Under the pieces are notes generated by a model. That model made no database searches. It worked only from the letters and a program-made list of their open reading frames with translations, and had not been told where the DNA came from. Shown here one piece after another: positions 13,218-25,690 of a DNA stretch of 64,000 bases (position 1 is its first letter; each line of letters opens with the position of its first letter). The translations under genes and the position numbers were made by a program. The stretch is taken from the NCBI GenBank assembly GCA_012295275.1, contig CM022670.1, positions 25,544,001-25,608,000 on the forward strand. The letters run 5' to 3'. This DNA is from Chrysomallon squamiferum (taxonomy: Eukaryota > Animalia > Mollusca).

Positions 13218-14387
13218 CTATAAAAACGAAAAGTTTCCCACTGTAGAAGTAACATTATGATACAACACCACTGGATTCACTTCATTTTTCATTTCAGGTC
13301 CTAGCTGAGACACTGCTGCGAACCACATCTTTTCCACGGCTTCGATCCTTTTCTCAGCAAGCACAGCCAAATATGTACAATTTCCGATTTTCGTGTAGCA
13401 GTCGAGACCAACATTTACATTCATGACCGCGACTGGCAGAATGCTTTCAAATGTCACATTACCCACCTTGTTTGGAAGCATTCCAAACAAGTAAATATCA
13501 TCTATCCAAAAGAACGGAGTTATGTAAGCAGCTTGATATAAGGAATATATTAGGTCACTCGATATAAGAACTAGGTACCCCATGCAATAGTCAAATGGAT
13601 ATCTGACATAGCCACGAAATCTTTTCTTGTCCACAGCCCACTTATTTTCCCTTCTCTGGATCGGGGTGGTTCCTATCTTTCGAGGGGGACAAAACATGGA
13701 ACGTTTTCTCGAAATTAATTTCGGATAAAACTTGTCCATTAGAATGAAAACGTTGAGAAATACGTCGTCGTCTATTTTGACAATCATTTCAGCTCCTTGA
13801 CAAAATTCATGTGTCCATCTCAAAGCTAGAACTCCTTTGTGAGTCAGATTGTGATATGTGTCACGGAAATTTCCCTGCACGATATCACCATACACAACAC
13901 TTTCTTTTTCTATCAGCTTCTGAATGCTTTGGTTCTTTGGTATTCCAAAGAAAAACACTGTCCTGAACTGAAATTTCGGAAATATATTTCTGTTGGCCCA
14001 CGTTTCTCGAATTATTCTGCGATTTCTAACATTTGTCGTCGCACTGTGAACAATGATTAGAAACTTTAAGTTTGTCACATTTACACAGATACTGGGATTG
14101 TTTATTATGTAAGGTGATTCGAGAGTCAGTGCATACTGTGTTCGCTTTGAGATTTTTATGAAGCTAGAATTTTTAATTTCATTTTCTTTTGCAGAGGCTA
14201 CTCTTTTGTCAATATCATGTAACACTGTTGTATAAGAAATACCATTTTGCTTCATAAGGAGATGTTTCAACATATATTTGTTGTTGAGAAATAGATATCT
14301 GTCAATAATATAAAGTAAAAAATAATTTATTATCAATGATAACAGTATGAAAGCGATAACAAAAGTACTTTTTTTGGTGTGTACCAT
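13218..14387 (-). CDS. GT31 beta-1,3-galactosyltransferase-like protein, subfamily A copy A (389 aa)
   Basis: N-terminal TM anchor, then LIIVHS..RRIIRETW, VFFFG, E...YGDIVQGNF.DTYHNLTHK, KIDDDVF (DxD), YPFDYCMG and FWIDDIYLFG. The single coding exon is intact, with a 5'UTR acceptor AG at 14487-14488. Confidence 0.95.
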   Translation of the reverse strand: MVHTKKSTFVIAFILLSLIINYFLLYIIDRYLFLNNKYMLKHLLMKQNGISYTTVLHDIDKRVASAKENEIKNSSFIKISKRTQYALTLESPYIINNPSICVNVTNLKFLIIVHSATTNVRNRRIIRETWANRNIFPKFQFRTVFFFGIPKNQSIQKLIEKESVVYGDIVQGNFRDTYHNLTHKGVLALRWTHEFCQGAEMIVKIDDDVFLNVFILMDKFYPKLISRKRSMFCPPRKIGTTPIQRRENKWAVDKKRFRGYVRYPFDYCMGYLVLISSDLIYSLYQAAYITPFFWIDDIYLFGMLPNKVGNVTFESILPVAVMNVNVGLDCYTKIGNCTYLAVLAEKRIEAVEKMWFAAVSQLGPEMKNEVNPVVLYHNVTSTVGNFSFL

Positions 14388-14641
14388 CTCGGTTCATTTA
14401 TTTAACAAAGACTGCAAGTTGTATTAATTATAATTTTTTTCATTAGTACGTTCGTTTCCTCTTTCTCCGGTTTATAGCAGTCGAATCTGTAAATAAAAAG
14501 AAAAAGGAAGTCATTTCTATACAATCTTTTGTATTATAATGCGCTCACTGTTTTTTTATTACCATCTTTTTCAGACACATATAGATGAATAACTCTTGTT
14601 ATTTTATGACTACAATCAAATGTGAATATAATAATAATAAT

Positions 14642-14673
<32 letters not shown>

Positions 14674-16886
14674 TAACAACAATAATAATAATTAATAAAT
14701 AAATAAATAAATAAGTTTTCTCTCTAACGAAAATAACACCCACATATATAGGTTTATTGGAAAGAAACTCCACTCTACTTTGTGTTGTATTAGAAACTGG
14801 TTATATTCAAACAAAATATATGATAAACGATGACTCGTTCTTAAAAGCAGGACAAAGAATTAGTTTAATTCTATTATGGTACTGGCAGCTGTCCACTCCT
14901 ACAATAATAAGTTTTGTAAACAAATAGATGAGATTTGGTTTTGGTTCACGTGATAGGAAGGAGCCAAGGATCTAGGTGTGACCTGTTTGTGATCAGTTAC
15001 TAAACAAAATTAAAGTTTGTGAGCTTGTACAATTATAAAACTGTAACATGGTTTTTAGTTCTTATTTTTCATTAAAATGAAGCATTTACACTATAAACAT
15101 ATATTTTACACTATAAAGAAATGTTTACCTTGTATATAACAAAGTTCTGTATCTATGTTAACATAAAACGTGTGTATTAATTGTATTTGATATTATAAAA
15201 CAACATTTGTTATTCGTCACAGTTATGTACTGAAATTATGTGCTGATAAAAAAAAAAAAAAAAAAACAGTGCACAAAATTCCATTTTTAAAGTTCGATTA
15301 AACTGCAAAAATAAATTTTTCAAATATGTATTATTTTCATAGAGGATAAGAAGTTTCACAATGTGCATATGAATGCAGAGCTCAGTAGAAGGACACCAAG
15401 AGACAATTAGATATTTCTTTTGTGTTGTTAGAGAATAAATAAGCTATTTATTGATGAATAAATATACAAAAGACTGAGCTGATATCTCGTGTTCGTCTCG
15501 AGTAACTGAATTTTTTGAAAGCAGACTTTTACATTTTATTTTATTTTTTAGTAGCTTTAAGCATTTTGGCTGACAAATATATCTTTCATAAATAAAAAAA
15601 AAAAAAAAGATAAAATACATTTGATAAATGCAGTTTAAATAATTATTCTGCACTACCGTCCTTAGAGGTCTATCTTTTATGTGCAGCTATTCTGTTAATA
15701 CTAAACTATAAGACTAGTAGAGCGGCATTTTTTTTTTCACTGTCAATCTTTTCTTAACGCATTTATATAAAATTTTGCCTACGTTGTTATTTGCTTAATT
15801 TGGAGTGTTACGATGAACAATATTATATATTTTATATATTTTTTTATTTTTACAATGATAGGGATTTTGATTTTTTTTTTTTTTTCCATTAACTAAACAT
15901 GAGCGTTTATATATTTTATATATTTTTATTTTTTATGATGCCACTAAACATGAATTTTTTTTTAAATCACTCGAATTTATATAATAAATTTCGTTTTTAT
16001 TTTTGTTTCCTTTTTTTTTTTTAATTATACCATAATATATTTTTTTTAAAGTCAGTGAAGCGCCTCTTTTAATATAATTGATTTTTCTCTTGTTTTTATT
16101 TAGTTTTTATTATTATTATTATTATTATTTTTTTTTTTGTATTATTATTTATTATTTATTTATATATTTAGTTGTTTTTATTGATTGTTTAAAAAAAGTA
16201 TCTTAAATCTTGTAATGAACACTGGCCACGACATCATCATCAGCAATGAGATAATAAATTGTTAAGCTATTCAATATTAATAAAATCTGAGAAAACAGAT
16301 GCTATAACGACAATAAAGAAATCATATTTTGACTATGTTTTATATTATGGTCGAAGTATTTTTGAAAACAGTTATTGTGATTAAAAAAATGTTATAGAGG
16401 TGAGAGACGTTTTCTTTTATCTTACATATATATATATGTAATGTTATTCTATAGAGAAAACAAATTAGTATGGAAAACATTTTTACTATTATTTTATTCA
16501 GTTTATGACATTTTAGAAAATATAGGACAAATACTCACAATTCATCTTTGAGAGAGAGATTTGTTTTTCAATTTTTTAAGCTCTAAAAGCAAATAAAGAA
16601 GTACTAAATGAAAAAGTCTTAATCTCTATCTTCCTCCTTAGAATGAAAAAAATGATTTGTCTGACATAGACTGTTATTTTGTTTTTGTTAAATACCCTTT
16701 CTAGCTGTTTTCAGAGGATTGAAACAGAATAAGTGTAGACAGATTGCATTTTATTCAAATTTCGTTTAAAAAACACACACCACTATGAATATGAATATAT
16801 TTCTTACACTAAGAGTATTATTATCAAAAATATTATGTACAGTCTATTATGTATTCGTATAAAAACGAAAAGAAGATAATGTTCTA

Positions 16887-18042
16887 TTAGTTTCCCACTG
16901 TAGAAGTAACATTATGATACAACACTATTGGATTCACTTCATTTTTCATTTCAGGTCCAACTTGAGACACTGCTGCGAACCACATCTTTTCGACGGCTTC
17001 GATTTTTTTCCCAGCAAGCACAGCCAAATAAGAACAGTTTCTGGTTTTCGTGTAGCAGTCGAGACCAACATAACTTCATGACCGCGATTGGCAGAATGCT
17101 CTCAAATGTCACATTACCCACCTTGTTTGGAAGCATTCCAAACAAGTAAAGATCATCTATCCAAAAGAACGGAGTTATGTAAGCAGCTTGATATAGCGGA
17201 TATATTAGGTCACGCGATATAAGAACTAGGTAGCCCATGCAATAGTGAAATGGATATTTGACATAGCCACGAAATATTTTCTTGTCCACAACCCATTTAC
17301 TTTTCCTTCTGTGGATGGGGTTGGTTCCTTTCTTTCGAAGGGGACAAAACATGGAACGTTTTCTCGAAATTAATTTCGGATAAAACTTGTCCATTAGAAT
17401 GAAAACGTTGAGAAATATGTCGTCGTCTACTTTGACAATCATTTCGGCTTCTTGACAAAATTCATGTGTCCATCTAAAAGCCAGAACTCCTTTGTGAGTC
17501 AGATTGTGATATGTGTCAAGGAAATTTCCCTGAACGATATCACCATACACAACACTTTCTTTTTCTATCAGCTTCTGAATGCTTTGGTTCTTTGGTATTC
17601 CAAAGAAAAACACTATCCTGAACTGAAATTTAGGAAATATATTTCTGTTGGCCCACGTTTCTCGAATTATTCTGCGATTTCTAACATTTGTCGTCGCACT
17701 GTGGACAATGATTAGAAACTTTAAGTTTGTCACATTTACACAGATACTGGGATTGTTTATTATGTAAGGTGATTCGAGAGTCAGTGCATACTGTGTTCGC
17801 TTTGAGATTTTTATGAAGCTAGAAGTTTTAATTTCATTTTCTTTTGCAGTGGCTACTCTTTTGACAGTATCATTTAACACTGTTACATATGGAATACTAT
17901 TTACCTTCAAAAGGAGGTGTTTCAACATATATTTTCTGTTGAGAAATATATATCTATCTTTAGTATAAAGTGAAAAATAATTCATTATCAATAATAGGAG
18001 TATGAAGGAGATAACGATAGGAATTCCTTTGGTCTGTACCAT
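16887..18042 (-). pseudogene. GT31 subfamily A copy B with a late frameshift
   Basis: ATG at 18042. A net 2-nt deletion at ~17070 (AACATAACTTCATG vs AACATTTACCTTCATG in copy C) shifts the last ~60 codons. The ancestral TAA remains at 16887-16889, and the shifted ORF ends at 16951. Confidence 0.85.
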
Positions 18043-21000
18043 TTTCAATTCATTTATTTAACACAGAATGCAAGTTGTATTAATTTAATTTTTTCATTAG
18101 TATTCTTTCTCCGGTTTACAGCAGTCGAATCTGTAAATAAAAAGAAAAAGAAAGTAATTTCTATAGAGTCTCTTGTATTACAATGCGCTCACTGTTTTTT
18201 TTATTACCATCATTTTCAGACACATATAGGTGTATAAATGTTGTTATTTTATGGCTACAATTAATGTGAATATTAGAACAACAACAACAATAACAAGAAT
18301 AATAAATAAATAAATAAATAAATAAATATTTTTTGTCTCTAACGAAAATAACACCCACATATATAGGTTTATTGGAAAGAAACTCCACTCTACTTTGTGT
18401 TGTATTAGACACTGGTTATATTCAACCAAAATATATAATAAACGGTGACTCGTTCTTAAAAGCAGGTCAGAGAATTAGTTTAATTCTATTATGGCACTGG
18501 CAGGCTTTCCACTCCTACATAAATAAGTTTTGTAAACAAATGGAAGTGATTGTTTCTTGTTCACGTGCTAGAAAGGGGTTAAGGATCTGTCTGTGAACTG
18601 TTTGTGATCAGTTACAAAACAAAATTAATGACATAACGTTTGTGAATTTGTACAATTATAAAACTGTAACATGCTTTTTATTTTTTACTTTTCATTTATT
18701 TTTTCTTATAGACAAAATAAAGCGTCTACATTATAAAAAAGTATCTTTTACTCTAAATAAAATTTTACCTTGTATATAACAAAGTTCTGTATCTATGTTA
18801 ACATAAAAAGTATATATTAATTGTATTTGATATTATATAACAGCATTTGTTATTTAGTCACAGTTATGTACTTAAATTATATGCTGAAGAAATCATTAGT
18901 GCAAAAAATTCCATTTTTAAAGTATGATTAAACAGCAGAAATAAATTGTTCAATCATGTATTACTGTCTTAGAGCAAATGGAGTAAGCAGACTTTTTCAA
19001 AGGATTTTGGCTTTTCATCCAGCTTAATTTGCATCGCAATGTTACAATGAACAATATATCATATAAAGCTGAAGGTAATATTTTCTCTTGAAAATTATTT
19101 CTTTCAATTTTTACAACCTAGGATAGGACTGTTGATTTTGTTTTTTTACCCTTAAAGTTTAGGGAATATTTGAGGAGTGTTTATACGTTTTATATATATA
19201 TATATTTTTGTAATGTCACTAAACTAGATTGTTTTTAAAAATCACTCGAATTTATATAATAAATTTCTTTTTGCTTTTTGTTTTAATTATACTATAACAT
19301 TTTATTTTAAAAAGTCACTGGAGCTCATCTTTTTATATAATTAATTTTTCTCTTGTTTTTATTTTGTTTTATTATTATTATTTTTTTATTATTATTTATT
19401 AATTATTTATATATTTAGTTGTTTTTATTTATTGTTTAAAAAGAGTATCTTAAATCTTGTTATGTACACTGGCCACGACATCATCGTGCAGATGGTTCCT
19501 CTGAGTCTTCAGTATTTCAAATACTGAAGTAAATTTAAAATTAAAGATTTTACTAACATTGATCTGGATTATGATCGGATTATTGATTCGTACTCAAGCA
19601 GGCAAACAGCAAGAAGGGTTCTTGTTCCTAAATCTCGTCACTGTCATTTCTCACTAACACATAAATGCTTATATGTAGTGTATGTAATGTAGATATTTCT
19701 ATAAATTAAAGGTAAACGTAAATTCTTCGCACAGTGGAATTATTTTATAATGAAGTATTGGTTTCAAATAGGTTTCAAATTTCTCCGCATATTAAAAAAA
19801 TAGCCTAGCAGTGAATCATCCGTCTACTTAGATTTTAAAAACTGTTTTATTTGTAAAGAAAAAAGAGTGTTAACGTAACAAACTGTATGCATTATATATT
19901 ATAATCATGGCGTTCTCTTTGGTGTCGTGTTGTTGATGCACAACCACAGGACACAAAAGTGAACGCCTACTTACGTATATAAATCTAGAAGAAAAAGAAA
20001 AGATTCATTGAATTGTAGCGAGCTTGCAAGGAAGTTTGTAACCAGGTGATGTAACAATCACCGATTTAAAAAAAAAAAAAAATCATTTCCTTACGCGACA
20101 TGTAATTTCAAACAAATGCAACATTCTATAAAACAAATCGAATTATTTCAAGTTTTGCGACGTCTTTTATTATGAGAAGTGATTACTAATCGCATGAAAA
20201 CCAAAATTATCTTTCTTACTTTGTAATCAAATTTCTTTCACGAGCAAGTAAATTTCCTTACGTTTTTGTTAATTTTCGTCTTTCGCTCTCTCAAGTTTCT
20301 TTCAAACTAAGGATTAAGGAAAAACTGTTGTATAAAACTAGGCTTTTAAGATGTTGTTGTTTTCAGTATGATACAATCTCAGGCAACAAGTCGATGTATA
20401 CATGTCAAGAATGCCCGTAAAGATTAACTTGTATATTATATACATTGTGTGATGTCGATTATTTTACTTATAAAATAAATAAATAAATAAACAAAGTAAT
20501 TAAGTATAAAAATAATAATTATAAATGACGGTATCTGTAACAGTGAATAATAATTATAATAAAAGGGTATCTGTAACAATGACACTGTTCATAATAAAAT
20601 ATCATTAGTTATATAATTATGAAAAGAAAAAAGGTTTATAAAATAAATCATTTTAGAACTCTATATTATCGTATTGTTTAAAATGAATATCTTAAAACTT
20701 GTAATGTACACTGGCCAGAACACCATCGTGCAGATGGTTCGTCAGAGTCATCTGAATTTCAAATAATGAAGTAAATTTAAATAAAACTATTTATTTACAC
20801 AATATATTTATATATGTATGTGAGTGCATGTGCGTGTGCATGTGTGTTTCTGAGTGTGTGTGATAATATTTAAACATATTATTATGGCTTTATAAAACTT
20901 TAAGGACTTTTTCTACAGAGACAGAAATAATGAATGAATGAATATGTAATATAACTGTTTTATATATCTCAACACCAAGAAGGACAACAACAACAACAAC

Positions 21001-21048
21001 AACAACAACAATAAGAATAATAATAACAATAACTCTAACAACAATAAC

Positions 21049-21108
<60 letters not shown>

Positions 21109-21220
21109 CATAATACCATCAATAACAACATTAACATTTACAACAATAATAACAAAAACAATAATGATGATGATGATGATGATGATAATGGTAATAATAA
21201 TAACAATAATGATGATGATG

Positions 21221-21337
<117 letters not shown>

Positions 21338-21491
21338 CCAGACATTGTCAATTTGCTGTTTGGTATTTGTTATTATGGTTGTCCAGCGTCAGAAAACTAA
21401 ATTATCGGCTACGCTTTTTCTGTCAAAGCCATGGATCTGGTATTTCTACTTCTGCAGGATCTTTGATAAACGCATAATGGAGCAATGTTTG

Positions 21492-21826
21492 GACCGAGAA
21501 ATGTATGAAATTTTTAAAATTAATATGACTGTAAATGCGAAAGAAAAATTACGTCAGTATTACAATTCATCAACGATCACTGTGTATCCTTGTTATTATA
21601 GAATCGAAAACCCCAGTTTAACGTGTGTAGATTCATTCAGAGCAATGAACAAAGTGTTCCAGCTTCACGTTCGAGAAGGATGCGAAAATCACACTGATAT
21701 TTTATACATACTGAATATATAATACACTACTTATATAATTCACTACTTATTTGTCCTTTCATTACGCTGAACGATGACGAGGTCATTGTGCGTTCGTTAG
21801 ACCTAAACACTTCCACTCTCACACTC
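21492..21826 (+). pseudogene. Longer fragment of exon 2 of the SMB-7TM receptor
   Basis: DREMYEIFKINMTVNAKEKLRQYYNSSTITVYPCYYRIENPSLTCVDSFR matches 38282-38599. A small internal duplication breaks the frame. The right breakpoint is the same as in 2843-3009. Confidence 0.9.
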
Positions 21827-21844
21827 TGTGCGCGTATATATGTA

Positions 21845-21908
<64 letters not shown>

Positions 21909-22485
21909 AAAGTGCATTTTTAAAATAACCAAGATATTGAGGACGTCCATGGGAGTGTAAAATGACACGTGTATTTCCACACACGATGAATCTGTTTAAT
22001 CCATAAAATATGTGAATACACGGGAAGTTTAGAAACTTATCCACTGTAGAATTTTATTGTAATTTTATTTAAAGATCTTTTCACCTTTCGGAAATTTCAT
22101 TTTATAAACGCAACATATACATAAAGCACTGGAGATACCTAACGATATCTGCAGATTGCACATTAAAACATCTAAGGAACTCCACCCTACATAAAAAACC
22201 CACCATTAAAAACATTTTTAAAAACCCACAAAAAAAAACACGAAACTATAATAATAATAATAAAAGAATGAATGCAAGAAAGGAGCCGTCGAAAACGTCA
22301 GCACAAACGTTCCTGCAGAAATGGCAATAAAATACACGTGCTTCACGTTGTCAACCTTAAGAAGAAAAAAAAAAGGTTTGATATTCAAGGGAGACAACTC
22401 CTGAAATCAACAACATCTGATGTCTGCGCCTTTTTTGAATACTAAATTATTATTCTTGGGAAAAAATAAATAATAATAATAAAAA

Positions 22486-22522
<37 letters not shown>

Positions 22523-22674
22523 AACAATAATAATAAATAATATATAATAATAAAACAACTTCCTAAATAACAGCAACACAACAATGATAATCATAGAATA
22601 ATGAAATCTTTATCTGAGTATAAATCTAAAATAAAATTAATATGAAATATATAAACAGTAACAGACCAGCATGA

Positions 22675-22710
<36 letters not shown>

Positions 22711-22840
22711 TATTATATTTTTAAAATGATCCTAAATGATAATTATCAGCACTTCTAAAGAAAACTAATGCTATATCAACTACTGCAACAATTATTGTCA
22801 CATTTTATTTTTCATCTAATAATTAAAATTTTATTTACAG

Positions 22841-23140
22841 GAATTCTATGGTGAAGATAAAAATGAACAAAGATTAGGGTCACCTGAGAACTATTTCACC
22901 TACTTTAAACTAAATGTACAGCCTGAAACAGTTCAGATCGAAGGAGTTTATATATTACTCGACCCCTTATCTGATACTTGTTATAACATTTTATTATATT
23001 TATGTGACAAGTCTGCAGCATAGGAACCTGGCAGTAATGATATTTAACAAAACGCACGTTGTCTTGAAAAGTGGAGACGGTGTCCTACCACCTTGCCAAA
23101 AACCTAACCAAATCAGTTTATTACAACATCACTGGGTTTT
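22841..23140 (+). pseudogene. Orphan type-II membrane protein exon fragment (copy 2, internally deleted)
   Basis: A tttacag acceptor precedes MYSLKQFRSKEFIYYSTPYLILVITFYYIYV. It lacks ~100 nt present at 55732-55832. Confidence 0.5.
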
Positions 23141-23385
23141 GGCTAAGTGGGAGTTGGGTGGTGTGGGATTAACTTTGGTCAGTCTATTGTATTCGTGTTA
23201 TAGTCTGTATCAATACCTCTGGACATCAGCGTTGTCTCTAAAAGGGATGGCTAGTTTACATGATTCTCGTAATATCGGATGATACACTGTGTGTAATGAA
23301 AAAAAGATCCTTTCATTTCGACACTAGCAATCACGGAGGAAACAGCATTCCATGCCATTTAGTTATTTTGCGGTATTCTATTCAA

Positions 23386-23612
23386 TCATATGTACACACT
23401 CATCAACATCACTGCCAGAGTACTGCCATTTTCTGAGCTATATTCACTTAATATCAACACGGACCATAGTCCTTAATACCAATCTTAAATTTTCCTGGAT
23501 TTTATTCACTCATATACACTCATCAGCATCACTACCAGAGTACTGTTATCTACTGAGCTATATTTACCTAATATAAATAAAAAAAACTGACCATAGCCCT
23601 TAATACCAATTT
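23386..23612. repeat. Two-copy tandem repeat, period ~120 bp
   Basis: TACACTCATCA.CATCACT.CCAGAGTACTG...CTGAGCTATATT...GACCATAG.CCTTAATACCAAT occurs twice. Confidence 0.75.
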
Positions 23613-23829
23613 ACTATCAAAACATTTGGCCCAGGTATCCAAACATCATTTAAACTATATGGGAGACAGAATTTTTAAGTTTTAGGCTAGGTGGGAGTGA
23701 ACCACCCAGACACAGGCTGCTGGGACGAATATTCCAAGAAGAAACTCAAAAGAACGCATTATCCATTAACTATCGATTCTCCATACGTAAAACAAAAAAA
23801 AACAAAAAAATCAGGAACTGACAGAAAAC

Positions 23830-24476
23830 GGAAGTGTTGTGTATGGTGATATCGTGTAGTGAAATTTTTTAGACACCTATCATAATCTGACTCACAAGGG
23901 AGTGCTGGCTTTTAGATGGAAACACGACTTCTGTCAAGAAGCTGAAATGGTTGTCAAAATAGACGATGACTGTTTCTTAATGTTTTTGTGCTCTTGGAAA
24001 GATTTTACCCAAAATTCAAGACAAAGAAACGCTATATTTTATGTCATTTTCGAAAGAAAGGTACCAGTCCCATTGTAAGAGGAGAGAACAAAAGGCACGT
24101 GGAGGAAAAGGAATTTCGTGGTTGTTCGCATTATCTTACCAACTACTGTAATGGCTACTTGGTATTGATATCACGTGACATCATACGGCGATTGTATCGA
24201 GCATCGTATCTCACGCCCTTCTTCTGGGTTGACGATGTTTACCTGTACGGGTTACTTCCAGATAAAATAGGTCATGTTCACTATGAAGATATCTGTTCGA
24301 ATATGACGTTAAATTTAAATCTAGGACTTAAATGTTTTACAGAAAAGAAAACTTTTTCAAACTTGGCAGTAAAGGCTAGAGCCAAAGAAAGCGCGGTTGA
24401 GAACATCTGGTACGCTGATCTATCACAGATCGGTCCTACAATGAGAAAAGAAGTCAATCCCATACTACTTTTCTAA
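23830..24476 (+). pseudogene. GT31 subfamily B pseudogene, 5'-truncated
   Basis: VVYGDIV**NFLDTYHNLTHKGVLAFRW..KIDDD, then a frameshift, then NYCNGYLVLIS..FFWVDDVYLYGLLPDK..MRKEVNPILLF*. Two adjacent stops (TAG TGA) replace QG. Confidence 0.9.
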
Positions 24477-24813
24477 AAGAATCACAACTATAAATGTTAA
24501 ATGTTTCACTGATGTTCTTGAATTTTATTCAGAAACTAAACAATTAGTTATTTAGTTATATATGTAATCTTAATCGGTAGAGAAAAAATATCAGGCTGCA
24601 GAACATTTTTATTATTATTTTATTCAGTTTATGACATTTTTGAAAATATAGGACAAATACATATATGTGTGTGTGTATCTGTGTATGTATGTGTGTGTGT
24701 GTAATGTTAATCGATAGAGAAAACAAATCAGTGTGGAGAACATTTTTGTAATTATTGTATTCATTTTATGACATATCTGACTATGACGTTAATTAGGACA
24801 AATACAAATGATC

Positions 24814-24901
<88 letters not shown>

Positions 24902-25690
24902 TATTTTGTTTTGTTTTTTCAATTTTGTAAGCTCTAAAAACAAATAAGGAAGTTCTATATCAAAATGTCCTAATCTCCACCTTTCTCCTTAAACAAACAT
25001 TAACACAAGTGACGATTTTATTTTCTTCTTGTTTTCTTTAGTAGCAATTTCATGTCCTCTTTCTCAGTCCCAGCAAATTTCACATAACTACTAATCAAAT
25101 ATCTATTACATTACGACTGTCCCCTTTTCTCCAACAACGAATAAAGTGAAATATAAATATGTCAAAATGTTCTTATCCCTTATAAAGAAAAACTATTTGT
25201 CTAACAAAGACTGTTTCTTTAGTAAAATACCTATTGTTCTCGTTTTCAAAGGATTGAAACAGAATCAGTGTAGACAGATTATTATCTTGGATGTTATTCT
25301 CATTTCATTTAAAAACACACACCGCTACAAGAAACAAAAACACTAATATTATGTGAAAAAGAAGAAGAAGAAGAAGAAAAGAAACCTGATGCCCTTTCAG
25401 CAGGATGATACCAGAAACATAATATTTTTGACAAACTGACACAATAAATACATAGTCAGTGACCAAAAGATGAGAGACGGAGAGAGTCCTATGAATATTT
25501 ATTTTAAACATACATTTATATTAACAATTATGAAATGTCATATTTTCTCTGAAATATAGTAATAACAACATGAAGTTTATTTATTTATTTATTTATTTAT
25601 TATTTTTTTACAACAAGAGTATTATTATCAAAAATATTATGTACAGTCTATTATGTATTCGTATAAAAATGAAAAGAATATAATGTTCTA

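Noticed and set aside
13839-14060. Recurrent plus-strand ORFs inside GT31 genes (also 17452, 26258)
   Set aside because: Antisense shadows of the duplicated GT31 CDS.
23988-24476. 162-aa ORF as a functional gene
   Set aside because: Non-ATG start, upstream stops and a frameshift, and no TM or N-terminal half.
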